Below, piece by piece: positions 48,999 through 58,600 of a DNA stretch of 64,000 nucleotides (positions within the stretch are counted from its first letter, which is position 1; each line of letters opens with the position of its first letter). A model generated the notes under the pieces. The model saw only the letters and a list, made by a program, of their open reading frames with translations. It did not search any database and was not told the DNA's origin. Made by a program: the position numbers and the translations under genes. The stretch comes from Candidatus Poribacteria bacterium (GTDB lineage Bacteria > Poribacteria > WGA-4E > WGA-3G), in assembly GCA_965205025.1 (NCBI GenBank), contig CBDBFU010000015.1, positions 96,001 to 160,000 on the forward strand, given 5' to 3'.

Positions 48999-49502
48999 GT
49001 ATTTTCGATATATTATACAGGACAAGAATAATGAAGCCTCCAAATATATGATTTATGGGATATGTTCCAATATATTTTCACAATGGACGGATAAGATATT
49101 TCACATTCAAACAATCCTAAATCAATGGATAAAAAGTAAAGAAAATGACACAAAAATCGTCACAGTGACAAATTCTTGTGACATTAAAAAAATGGCTTTA
49201 AACCCAGTGTAGTACTGACGGGAGAGAGGTTTTACCAATGTCACACCGTGTGACAAAAAGTGTAACTTTTTTCAACATATAGACAATAAAAATATTACTA
49301 TTGTGAATAACTAAATACAGAATTTACGCGAGAATTACCTTTGGTTCAATATTATACATCCAAGAAAAAAGAACTTTATGATTCCGTGATATTCATGCCA
49401 TAAACTTTACACACCTTATCAGGACGACGTGGGTATCAGGTAAAAAACATTAATGACATAATTACCGTTCATAATTTTGAGTTCTATAGTACAACATAAC
49501 TC

Positions 49503-49530
49503 TTGACACTCAACATTAACATGTTATGAT
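49503..49530 (+). promoter_or_regulatory. Sigma70-type promoter for the dehydrogenase gene
   Basis: TTGACA-16 bp-TATGAT with extended TG; strong RBS AAGGAGGT downstream. Confidence 0.6.
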
Positions 49531-49569
49531 AAAAAATCTGGATAAGAAGATAATGTATAAGGAGGTAAT

Positions 49570-50580
49570 ATGAAAGGTAAACATATTGTTATGCCAGCGA
49601 AACGCAAAGCCACGCTGGAGGATTTTGAAGTTGACGAGAATCTGGGACCAGATCAGATCCTACTTAAGACACATTACAGTCTGATTAGTCCGGGTACAGA
49701 AGGGGCTGGATTTACTGGATTAGAGAGTGGTACGCGATTTCCTCACGGGTCAGGATATACTGCAATAGGTGAAGTCATTAAAGTTGGAGAAAACGCAACT
49801 AAATGTGCTGTGGGAGATTTTGCTTTCTGTTATAGTTCACATGCATCTATTGTCAAGACATCATCTGTAATGCTTGCATTCAAACCTCCATTAGAGATAG
49901 ATACTAAACTAATTCCTTTTGTCAGAATGGCAACAGTTGCTATGACTTCTTTGCGAGTATCCTCCGCTGAATTTGGTGATACAGTTGTTATAATCGGTTT
50001 AGGTTTAGTTGGTAATTCCGCTTCTCAACTTTTCAAATTAGCAGGTATGAATGTTATAAGTGTTGAACTCGTTCCTGAACGTCTGGAAATAGCAAGAAAA
50101 TGTGGTATAGAACATCTAGTCAATCCAGACGAAGAAAATGTACATGAGCGTGTAAATTCCATAACTAACGGTCGGAAAGCAGAAGTTACGGTAGAAGCAA
50201 TTGGAAATCCAAGACTTGTTGAGTTGGCATACCAGTTAACAGGTCGAAAAGGAGAAGTGATTCTTCTCGGTTCTCCCCGTGGGGAATATGTAAAGAATGT
50301 TACAGAAGTACTCAATTATACTCATCTCATTGGGTTAGGTGCAATTACTCTCAAAAGTGCTCATGAATGGGTTTACCCGACGATGCATAGTGGTGAATCA
50401 AAACATTCCTTAGAAAGGAATTCACAGATTGTATACTCTCTGATTAAGGATGGAAAATTCAATGTTGAGGATTTACTAACACATGTAATTAATCCAGAGG
50501 ATGCACAATCTGCGTACGATGGACTGACGGATAAGAAGAATGAATACTTAGGTGTCATTATGGATTGGACAGAAATTTAA
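49570..50580 (+). CDS. Medium-chain (zinc-binding family) dehydrogenase
   Basis: SLISPGTE, GYTAIG, Rossmann GLGLVG, EAIG, LLTH. Confidence 0.88.
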   Translation: MKGKHIVMPAKRKATLEDFEVDENLGPDQILLKTHYSLISPGTEGAGFTGLESGTRFPHGSGYTAIGEVIKVGENATKCAVGDFAFCYSSHASIVKTSSVMLAFKPPLEIDTKLIPFVRMATVAMTSLRVSSAEFGDTVVIIGLGLVGNSASQLFKLAGMNVISVELVPERLEIARKCGIEHLVNPDEENVHERVNSITNGRKAEVTVEAIGNPRLVELAYQLTGRKGEVILLGSPRGEYVKNVTEVLNYTHLIGLGAITLKSAHEWVYPTMHSGESKHSLERNSQIVYSLIKDGKFNVEDLLTHVINPEDAQSAYDGLTDKKNEYLGVIMDWTEI

Positions 50581-50591
50581 GTAATAGATAT

Positions 50592-50742
50592 TTATAGTAA
50601 ATAATAAAATTAATACTACATTTTCTATTGGCTCAATTAACGTTTGTGTCCCACACCTCTTCTGTAGGAGCGACCTCCTGGTCGCGACCGGGAGGTCGCT
50701 CCTACAAGTAAAGTATCTAATTAAATTTAAAGTTTACTATAA
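50592..50742. repeat. MITE-like element (TATAGTAAA ends) with a 44-bp REP-doublet palindrome
   Basis: ttatagtaaa / tttactataa; tgtaggagcgacctcctggtcgcgaccgggaggtcgctcctaca at 50663-50706. Confidence 0.75.
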
Positions 50743-50768
50743 TAACTATCATCACCAAACCAAAATAA

Positions 50769-51266
50769 ATGAAAACACTTCTAATTCTCCGACATGCAAA
50801 ATCAAGTTGGGATAATCCTGACCTTAGAGACTATGACCGACCTCTTAATAAGCGTGGAAAAAAAGATGCTCCACGTATGGGTAAACACCTAAAGAATGCT
50901 AATCTCATTCCAGATAGAATCCTATCATCCTCAGCAAAACGGGCTCGGAAAACCGCAAAAAGATTCGCAAAGGCATGTGGGTATGCAGGAAAAATTATAA
51001 AGTTAGATAGTTTCTATCATGCCCCTGTCGGCATCTACTTTGAAACACTACAAACACTCCCTAAAAAATATAAAATAATTATGGTTGTAGGACATAATCC
51101 TACAATGGAACAACTCGTTCAACATATTACCGGACAATATCAGCAAATGCCTACTACGGCACTTGCACATATAACTTTACCTATAGATAATTGGGAATCA
51201 TTCTCACCTTACACAGAAGGAAAACTAATTGATTTATGGACTCCCAAAACATTAGACAAAGATTAA
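50769..51266 (+). CDS. SixA-like histidine phosphatase
   Basis: LRHAKSSW, DRPLNKRG, SSSAKRA, VGHNP. Confidence 0.88.
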   Translation: MKTLLILRHAKSSWDNPDLRDYDRPLNKRGKKDAPRMGKHLKNANLIPDRILSSSAKRARKTAKRFAKACGYAGKIIKLDSFYHAPVGIYFETLQTLPKKYKIIMVVGHNPTMEQLVQHITGQYQQMPTTALAHITLPIDNWESFSPYTEGKLIDLWTPKTLDKD

Positions 51267-52624
51267 AATTTCTTCTGGGTAAATCAATTTTACTTCTATT
51301 CTGTATCTTTATACCAATTACTTCATTCACTGAAATCCCTATCTCTATAGTAGAGGATGGTCAACTCTTTCCATCTGCGGTGAGTGATGGTTCAGGTGGT
51401 GCTGTCATTATGTGGGAAGATTATCGAACTGGGAATGATTGGGATGTGTATGCACAACGCATTAATCAGGAGAACACTTTACTATGGAATCAGAACGGTG
51501 TAACTATATCAGTAGCAGATAGAAACCAAAGACGATTACGAATAGTCGGTTATGATACACATGCAATAGTTGTATGGAACGACAGAAGAAGGATTCGTAG
51601 TTGGGATATTTTTGCACAAGCAATAGATCTTGAAGGTAAGGTATTATGGGAAGTTGATGGTATACCAATTTGTATAGACGACACTGATCAATCAACCCAA
51701 GCGATTCTGGCTGATGGTGAAGGGGGTGCAATAGTTGTATGGGAAGATGAACGACGAAGCTCAGAATTTCAAGATCTTTACATACAACGGGTTGATTCAC
51801 AAGGGAAAATATTATGGAAGAAAGATGGTATTCCTGTATTCAAATCAGAATCCTCACAGAGTGAACCTATCTTAGCTGCTGATGGATTAGGTGGATTTTA
51901 TATTATATGGTGGGATGTAATTGGCTACGATACTTGGCACATTATGGCACATAGATACCATCTTGATGGTACTCCTATATGGGATTCTCCATTACTCATT
52001 ACACCATCTGAAGGAATGCAAGGTATACCTCGTGTAGTCTCAGATAATGAAAATGGTATCATAATTGTTTGGCAGATTTACGAGAATTTTATTAATGACC
52101 AAATTTACGCACAACGAATAAACCCAGATGGTAAAAAACTATGGAAAGAAGATGGCATCTCAATATGCATTGATGATGGTATACAGAAAAACCATTCAAT
52201 TGTTGAAGACGGTAGTGGTGGAGCGATTGTTGTATGGCGGGATGAAAGGGATATTTATGCGGATCTATACATGCAGCGAATTAGTTCGGATGGAAAAGTA
52301 CTATGGCAAGAGAATGGTATTCCACTATGTACTGCAGGTGGACATCAAGATAGACCTTTCATCGTAAATTTAGAAGATGATAAGTTCTTTATCTCATGGG
52401 TAGATTTTCGTGGTGATGTAGGAGAGAAAACTGTCAATGCTATATACTGTCAGAAGATTGATATTCATGGTAAGTTATACTGGCAAAAGGAAGGTGTTCC
52501 TGTTTCTACAAGTAAAGGAGAACATTATCCACCGTTCGTTGTTTCTGTTAGTCATGGTGAGTGTATAGTGGTCTGGAGTAATAGTGGAAGAGATAATGGG
52601 GATATCTTCTTAAGACGGTTTTAA
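51236..52624 (+). CDS. Exported beta-propeller-like repeat protein
   Basis: About seven repeats of DG-x-GGA-I-VW-x-D..D-x-Y-x-QRI...G...W...G..I. Confidence 0.75.
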   Translation: MDSQNIRQRLKFLLGKSILLLFCIFIPITSFTEIPISIVEDGQLFPSAVSDGSGGAVIMWEDYRTGNDWDVYAQRINQENTLLWNQNGVTISVADRNQRRLRIVGYDTHAIVVWNDRRRIRSWDIFAQAIDLEGKVLWEVDGIPICIDDTDQSTQAILADGEGGAIVVWEDERRSSEFQDLYIQRVDSQGKILWKKDGIPVFKSESSQSEPILAADGLGGFYIIWWDVIGYDTWHIMAHRYHLDGTPIWDSPLLITPSEGMQGIPRVVSDNENGIIIVWQIYENFINDQIYAQRINPDGKKLWKEDGISICIDDGIQKNHSIVEDGSGGAIVVWRDERDIYADLYMQRISSDGKVLWQENGIPLCTAGGHQDRPFIVNLEDDKFFISWVDFRGDVGEKTVNAIYCQKIDIHGKLYWQKEGVPVSTSKGEHYPPFVVSVSHGECIVVWSNSGRDNGDIFLRRF

Positions 52625-52648
52625 GACAAACGATCAATTCTATAACAC

Positions 52649-54542
52649 TTATAGGTTTTCTACTTCATCCTCGACTCTATTCATCTCAATTAAATGCGCG
52701 CCTTCCAAGCCAGAACGGACTTCCTCGTCATAACTTGTCACAATTACTTGAAATTCTTTACCAAGCTGCTGAATAAAATCTACCATCATCCTTTTTCGTT
52801 CATCATCAAGATGCAATGTTGGATCATCAAATACAAAAAAAACCTGTATTACCTAACACTTTTGCCAAAGCTACCTTAAAACATAGATAAAGAAACATCT
52901 TCTCACTACCACTTAAAAGCATCAAACTTCTCTCTTCACCATTGATATTCACAGACGGAAGTAAATGTTGCTTAAGTAAATCAATTCGTGTTTGCCCAAA
53001 AAGTTCCATCTGATTTATCCAGTTGTGCAATTCCTCTTCAGCAGGCTTCATGATTTGTTGTTGCAGGGTCTCAATTGTCTTATCAACACCATTACAAGCG
53101 AGTTCAACACAGAGTAGTGCATTTTCAGCTTTTTCTGCCTGTAAATTCACTTCCTGAAGTTGTTTCAACCTATCTGCCTGAACTGCTTCGTCCTGCTTGA
53201 TTTTTTGAAGTCTTCTTCTTTCATTATCAAGTTCTCTTTTTAATTGATTTTTATCCATGTTAACTGTCAAAGTATTATTTGAATGAACATCAATTTCCAT
53301 ATTCTCCGATTCTTCAGATATTCCTCTCTCAGATAACCGTGTTGAAACTGTGGTTAACTCACTCTCTACCTTAGATTTCTCTTGTTCCAGTTGATCTAAT
53401 CTGGTAAAATTTGTACGTATGGTCTGTAACCTTTGTTCAAGTTCCTGACGACTGTTTAGAGATGCATTCTTATCCTCTAAAGTTCTCTTATATCCCTCTA
53501 ATTCCGTAGATAGTTTTTTTTGTTCGTTCTCTTTTTCTTCCACAATCTGTTGTACCACTTCTCTTTCAACTTCCTGGTGACATGTAGGACAATGTCCATC
53601 GTTCTTTTCAAGTAAGAGCTTTAAATTATCACATACTTTGGATAAAGCAGTAATCTGTGATTCGATACTCCCAATTTTCTGCATTAACTGGTCCCGTTCG
53701 GATTCAATACCGATATTGTCTTTAATAGCTTTTTCGATGTTTCCGATCATTTCACTCATCTGAGATTTGTTTTCAAAACCAGTCAATTTCTCAGATTGTT
53801 CCTGTTTAATTAATTGTAACTGTGATTTCAATTGTTTCTGACTTTTCTTCCATTCTGCGAGTAGTTCTACATCACCTGTATCAATGGTGTATGCTGCTTC
53901 GAGTTCCTTTATTCTCTTTTCAATTTTCTCAATCTCAGCTTTACTATTTTTCTGTTCAGTGAATCTTAGACTATTCTGATGTGAGTCAATCCTGGACTTT
54001 TCACGTTTTGCAAGTCGTCGAGTTTCAATAAAGCATTCTCTAACATCTATCAGTTGATCAATACCTAAAAGAGTATAAAGAATATCACGGCGGGTTGCAG
54101 GTTGTCTTACAAGAAATTCGTTAATCTCACCTTCCCGCAAAAAGGTTGTTAATGCGAATCGTTCGCGCAGAAAACCGAAGCGTTGTTTTAAGTCAGCTTC
54201 TGTTACTGCCACACGTTCTTCATCAAGAAGTATTTTCCATTTTCCATCTATTTGTTCCCTGAGCTGACACCGTCTCCGTGTACCACGGAATAGCATATAT
54301 CTCTTATTGTCAACAACGAATTGAAGACCAGCTGTTCCACTACTCGATTTAGGGGTTCGCATATTTTTAATGTCAACACGTGGTACTATAGCCTGACCCG
54401 TCAATGAAAAAAAGATCGCATTAACCAGTGTACTTTTTCCACTGAAATTCGGTCCAAAGATGAGATTAACACCGTCTGATAGATTATAATCTTGCTGTTT
54501 TAAACAACCAAAATTTCTGAGACGGAGTAGTTCTAACTTCAT
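52649..54542 (-). CDS. SbcC/Rad50-like SMC ATPase with +1 homopolymer frameshift before Walker B
   Basis: Walker A GPNFSGKST, coiled coil, zinc hook CPTC, signature LSGSE; removing one T from the T8 run (52835-52842) restores GFFVFDDPTLHLD..VIVTS to a stop at 52649. Confidence 0.85.
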
Positions 54543-54543
54543 A

Positions 54544-54750
54544 TTAGTCTTTTCTATTTTTCTGAAAACCATCATAGAGCATCTGTGCTCTTACATTCTT
54601 CTTACCGTTTGTCAGTGTATAATCAAATGCATCAACTATAGCTTGAATTTCATCTGGTCCCAGTGAAATATACTTAGAATCTTTTTCGATTAAAGCCTCT
54701 ATCTCTGCTTTAAAAATCTCACGGGTTTCCTTATCAATTACATTATCCAT
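54544..54750 (-). CDS. Small hypothetical protein
   Basis: 68 aa, tightly packed between the aminotransferase and the ATPase. Confidence 0.55.
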   Translation of the reverse strand: MDNVIDKETREIFKAEIEALIEKDSKYISLGPDEIQAIVDAFDYTLTNGKKNVRAQMLYDGFQKNRKD

Positions 54751-54791
54751 GTTACTATACCTAAAAATTAGATTATCCTATTGATTGTAAT

Positions 54792-55985
54792 TCAGAGTTT
54801 AGATTGTATTCGCATTAACCGTTCACCAGCCTGTTCTAATATATCTTTATTCAAACTAAACATAAAACGAAATTTCGTCTGACCAAGTTCAGAACGACTA
54901 TAGAAACTTGAACCTGGGACACCACCCACCCCTATTTCCTTTACCAACCAATGGGCAAAAGCGGTATCATCAGGAAAACCAAAATCTGAAATATCTGTCA
55001 TTATATAATATGCACCTTCAGGAGAGAAGCAACTAAAACCTGACTCTGTTAGGGTAGTTAATAGCTGTTGACGATTCTTATCGTACTTTAGTACCAATTC
55101 CTCATAATAACTGGTGGGTAAATTTAAGGCTGCAATACCTGCTCGTTGTAAAGGGTGTGGCGCTCCCACCGTCAAGAAATCGTGCATTTTGCGGATGGCA
55201 TCTGTTAAGGTCTCAGGAGCAACAACATAGCCAAGTCTCCATCCGGTCATAGAATATGTCTTACTTAGTCCAGATATCGTAATTGTCCTGTCTTGCATCT
55301 GAGGGAAGCAACCAATACTAATATGTGGTTTGTTATCATAGATCATATGTTCATAGATTTCATCTGTAACTGCGATACAGTCATATTCACAACATAGATC
55401 AGCAATCTCTTGAAGTTCCTCTTGTGTAAATACTTTTCCTAACGGGTTATTTGGCGTATTGATTATGATTGCTTTTGTTTTAGGAGAAAAGGCATTCCTA
55501 AGTTCTGTAGAATCGTATGTGAACTGCACTTTTCCGTCTATAGATTGTGATTCTACTAAGGCAACATACACCGGTTTTGCTCCTGATATAATGGTGTCTG
55601 GACCGTAATTCTCATAGAACGGTTCAAAAATGATAACTTCATCACCAGGATTAATAATTGCAAGCAGCGATGATAACATTCCTTCAGTTGAACCACATGT
55701 AACTGTAACGTTCTTGGTAGAATCTGTAGGAATATTGTTAAATGTCGTCATTTTATGTGCAATTACATCACGAAAATCCGGAGCTCCCCATGTGATACTG
55801 TATTGGTTATATCCTTCTTGTATAGCTTCAATTGCTGCATATTTTACTTCATCTGGAGGTTGATACGCAGGTGTCCCTTGAGACAGGTTAATGGCATTAT
55901 GCTGCAAACATAACTGTGTCATACCACGAATAACAGATTCAGTGAAACGGGTGGATTTATTGGATAATTTTGAGTGGAGGGACAT
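54792..55985 (-). CDS. Class I/II PLP-dependent aminotransferase
   Basis: INLSQG, NTPNNPLG, DEIYEH, SGLSKTYSMTGWRLG. Confidence 0.93.
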   Translation of the reverse strand: MSLHSKLSNKSTRFTESVIRGMTQLCLQHNAINLSQGTPAYQPPDEVKYAAIEAIQEGYNQYSITWGAPDFRDVIAHKMTTFNNIPTDSTKNVTVTCGSTEGMLSSLLAIINPGDEVIIFEPFYENYGPDTIISGAKPVYVALVESQSIDGKVQFTYDSTELRNAFSPKTKAIIINTPNNPLGKVFTQEELQEIADLCCEYDCIAVTDEIYEHMIYDNKPHISIGCFPQMQDRTITISGLSKTYSMTGWRLGYVVAPETLTDAIRKMHDFLTVGAPHPLQRAGIAALNLPTSYYEELVLKYDKNRQQLLTTLTESGFSCFSPEGAYYIMTDISDFGFPDDTAFAHWLVKEIGVGGVPGSSFYSRSELGQTKFRFMFSLNKDILEQAGERLMRIQSKL

Positions 55986-56007
55986 ATATATAGATTATTA
56001 AAGTACT

Positions 56008-56556
56008 TTACAGAATCTTATGACTTAATATGATGCCATCATCAAGAGGGATATCCACAGAGTTTAATATTGGTGAATTAAATACATATTCAATGTAATC
56101 AGGCATATCATTACGCATGGTGATGGTATCATCGGCTACAATTAAACCACCTATACGTATATTGGGTAGAGCCAATTCAAGATACTTCTTATATTCATCT
56201 TTTTCTGCATCTAAAAAAACAAGGTCAAAGGATACATCACATTTTGAGATCTCATTAAGTGCGTTTCCGATTCGAATATCAACGATTCTGTCAAGTCCAA
56301 CTTCAATAAGATGTGACAGTGCCTCTTCAGCACGTTTTGGGTCAAATTCAATTGTAATAAGTTGACCACCTGTCAAGTTTAGCGCAGCAGCAATCCAGAG
56401 AGTAGAATAACCATTACTCGTTCCTACTTCAAGTACATTCTGAGCATTAATGGATTGGATCAGAATTGAGAGAAATTGTCCGTTTTCTGGTGCTATATTT
56501 GTATATTCTGTTGCGGTTTGTTCAAGTCGTTTTAATACAGATTCATACTGATCCAT
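56008..56556 (-). CDS. SAM-dependent O-methyltransferase (YrrM/COMT-like)
   Basis: VLEVGTSNGYS, FDLVFLDAEK, GGLIVADD. Confidence 0.9.
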   Translation of the reverse strand: MDQYESVLKRLEQTATEYTNIAPENGQFLSILIQSINAQNVLEVGTSNGYSTLWIAAALNLTGGQLITIEFDPKRAEEALSHLIEVGLDRIVDIRIGNALNEISKCDVSFDLVFLDAEKDEYKKYLELALPNIRIGGLIVADDTITMRNDMPDYIEYVFNSPILNSVDIPLDDGIILSHKIL

Positions 56557-56637
56557 ATTCTACTCCATTATGTTATATCCGATTCTATCACAGCTGAGTA
56601 CATCTGTCAACGATAGACAAACGGGATTCAGCACAGA

Positions 56638-57474
56638 CTATTGGAATAATTTCCAACTACGTCCAGGTTTGTCTACGCGAAACACCTCTACATTGCCTCT
56701 ATCAGCTAAGGTTACATAACAAGTTCTACCATCTGGACCACCAAAAGCAATATTGGTACAACTTTTCCCTGTCAGTTCTACCTCTAATAACTCCTCTCCT
56801 GAAGGTGATAGTTTCGCTATCGTACCTTTTCCATGACGTGTAATATATAGATTCCCTTCAATATCGCAACGCATCCCATCCATACCAAAATCTGGAAATT
56901 GGATTAATAGCGACTTATTGCTAATTTCACCGTCTGATGACAAATCGTATCTCCACACATTTCTTTGTACAGACTCATTTACATATAACACACTTTCATC
57001 TGGACTTACCTCTATTCCATTTGTTGTACCCATATCGGACTCTAATAGTGTTACACTTCCATCTGTATCCACACGCCATATTTGTCCTTTAGACTCTCCC
57101 CAATTAGGATCGCTTGCATATATTATATCATTTGCACCGATTGCCAAATCATTGGGTTGATTCATGGTCGGTTCGTGTGCATGAACTGTAATTTCTCGCG
57201 TATCCATATCCACCTTGAGGACATTATGGTTCGTATAGTCAGCGATAAACATATAACCTTCACTGTTAAATCGTATTCCGTTACCAATACTACCAGGTGG
57301 TAATTCGACAAACACACTTTGTTCCCCATCCGGTGTTACCTTCCCAATAGTATGTTGTCTTTCATAATTCACCGCATATAGATTGCCGTCTGCATCACAG
57401 GCAGGTCCTTCAATTCCAGATGTAAAACCGTTCTCAGGTGTAAATTCACTACTAACAAAAAGCTCTTCGTTCAT
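56638..57474 (-). CDS. SMP-30/gluconolactonase family protein
   Basis: EGPA, PNDL, NGIEVSPD, DGMRCD, TNIAFGGPD; start moved to ATG 57474. Confidence 0.9.
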   Translation of the reverse strand: MNEELFVSSEFTPENGFTSGIEGPACDADGNLYAVNYERQHTIGKVTPDGEQSVFVELPPGSIGNGIRFNSEGYMFIADYTNHNVLKVDMDTREITVHAHEPTMNQPNDLAIGANDIIYASDPNWGESKGQIWRVDTDGSVTLLESDMGTTNGIEVSPDESVLYVNESVQRNVWRYDLSSDGEISNKSLLIQFPDFGMDGMRCDIEGNLYITRHGKGTIAKLSPSGEELLEVELTGKSCTNIAFGGPDGRTCYVTLADRGNVEVFRVDKPGRSWKLFQ

Positions 57475-57655
57475 AATTAATTCCTCAGCATTATCTTTTG
57501 ATAGAATTATTTGTGTATATTTTATCATATATATAGATAAGTGTCAGTATTTGAGATTATGAGTGTAAAACTGAATACACATAATTGACATTATCCAGAG
57601 ACTCTGTAATAATGTAATTGTTTTTTGCTAATTTTGACACAAAATTTGGGGAAAT

Positions 57656-58423
57656 ATGTTCGGTGCAATAATTGGTGACATTGTAGGCTCAATTTACGAG
57701 CATAATGTAATAAAAACGAAGGACTTTCCACTTTTTGGTGAGAACAATCGTCTAACAGATGATACAGTCTGTACAGCTGCCGTTGCTGACATCCTGCTTA
57801 ACGATCTTCCTCCAGCTACAACTATGCAGGAATGGTGCCAACGATACCCTGGTGCTGGTTATGGTGGTAATTTTGGGAATTGGATCTATAAGAATCCTCC
57901 TTTACCTTATAATAGTTACGGAAATGGATCGGCGATGCGTGTATCTCCGGCAGCATTTCTAAATCAGGATAATTTGGAGAATGCGTTGAATGCCTCAGAC
58001 AAGGTAACTGAAATAACACATAATCATCCTGAAGGTATGAAGGGTGCACGAGCAACAACCCATGCTATCTGGTTAGCATTTCAAAATGAAAATCCTGATG
58101 CCATCCGAGATATTATTAGTCGTGAATACGGATATGATTTTTCTAAGTCTGTTGATGAGATCCGTCCAGATTACTCATTTGATGTGACTTGTCAAGGTTC
58201 GGTACCACAGGCGATTACATGTGCTTTGGAATCTAATAGTTTTGAAGATGCCATCCGAAATGCAATTTCACTTGGTGGTGATTCTGACACGCTTGCTGCC
58301 ATTGCAGGTCCCATTGCAGAAGCAATGCATCGTATTCCTGAAGAGTATATTGAAAAGGTAAGAATCGATTTCCTATCTAACTCCTCAGACATTTGTGAAA
58401 TTATTGACAGTATTTATCAATAA
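57656..58423 (+). CDS. ADP-ribosylglycohydrolase family protein
   Basis: GAIIGDIVGS, TDD, GNGSAMR, GGDSDT. Confidence 0.92.
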   Translation: MFGAIIGDIVGSIYEHNVIKTKDFPLFGENNRLTDDTVCTAAVADILLNDLPPATTMQEWCQRYPGAGYGGNFGNWIYKNPPLPYNSYGNGSAMRVSPAAFLNQDNLENALNASDKVTEITHNHPEGMKGARATTHAIWLAFQNENPDAIRDIISREYGYDFSKSVDEIRPDYSFDVTCQGSVPQAITCALESNSFEDAIRNAISLGGDSDTLAAIAGPIAEAMHRIPEEYIEKVRIDFLSNSSDICEIIDSIYQ

Positions 58424-58542
58424 TAACGACTTGTGTTGGTTAACATAATGTAAATCTATCAATTGAAAATGGAATAATATAATTAGAAATTAGATCTCCA
58501 ATCATCTGCAATTCGATCAGAATTAATAAAAACTAAAAAATT

Positions 58543-58577
58543 AAATGCTTCAGTTGATAAACAACTGAAGCATTTTT
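58543..58577. terminator. Bidirectional terminator between convergent genes
   Basis: aaatgcttcagttg-ataaa-caactgaagcattt, 14-bp perfect stem with T/A flanks. Confidence 0.8.
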
Positions 58578-58600
58578 ATTTGTGTAATTAGAAATGAGAC

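Larger units (their letters stand above)
32197..49415. mobile_element. Inverted-repeat-bounded 17.2-kb accessory island without cognate recombinase
   Basis: Left end ggtgtgaaaagtttttggcat vs reverse complement of right end ggtgtgtaaagtttatggcat (19/21); flanks ttatcattac / ttatcaggac (8/10); accessory gene content between housekeeping-type genes. Confidence 0.5.

Noticed and set aside
48715-49212. 165-aa ORF in the island's right arm
   Set aside because: It runs through a REP palindrome and non-coding repeat modules, has no recognisable domain, and its frame is not kept in the related copies.
57656-58423. ADP-ribosylglycohydrolase as antidote to the FRG protein
   Set aside because: It is about 20 kb away, outside the island and apparently separately transcribed; there is no evidence of linkage.
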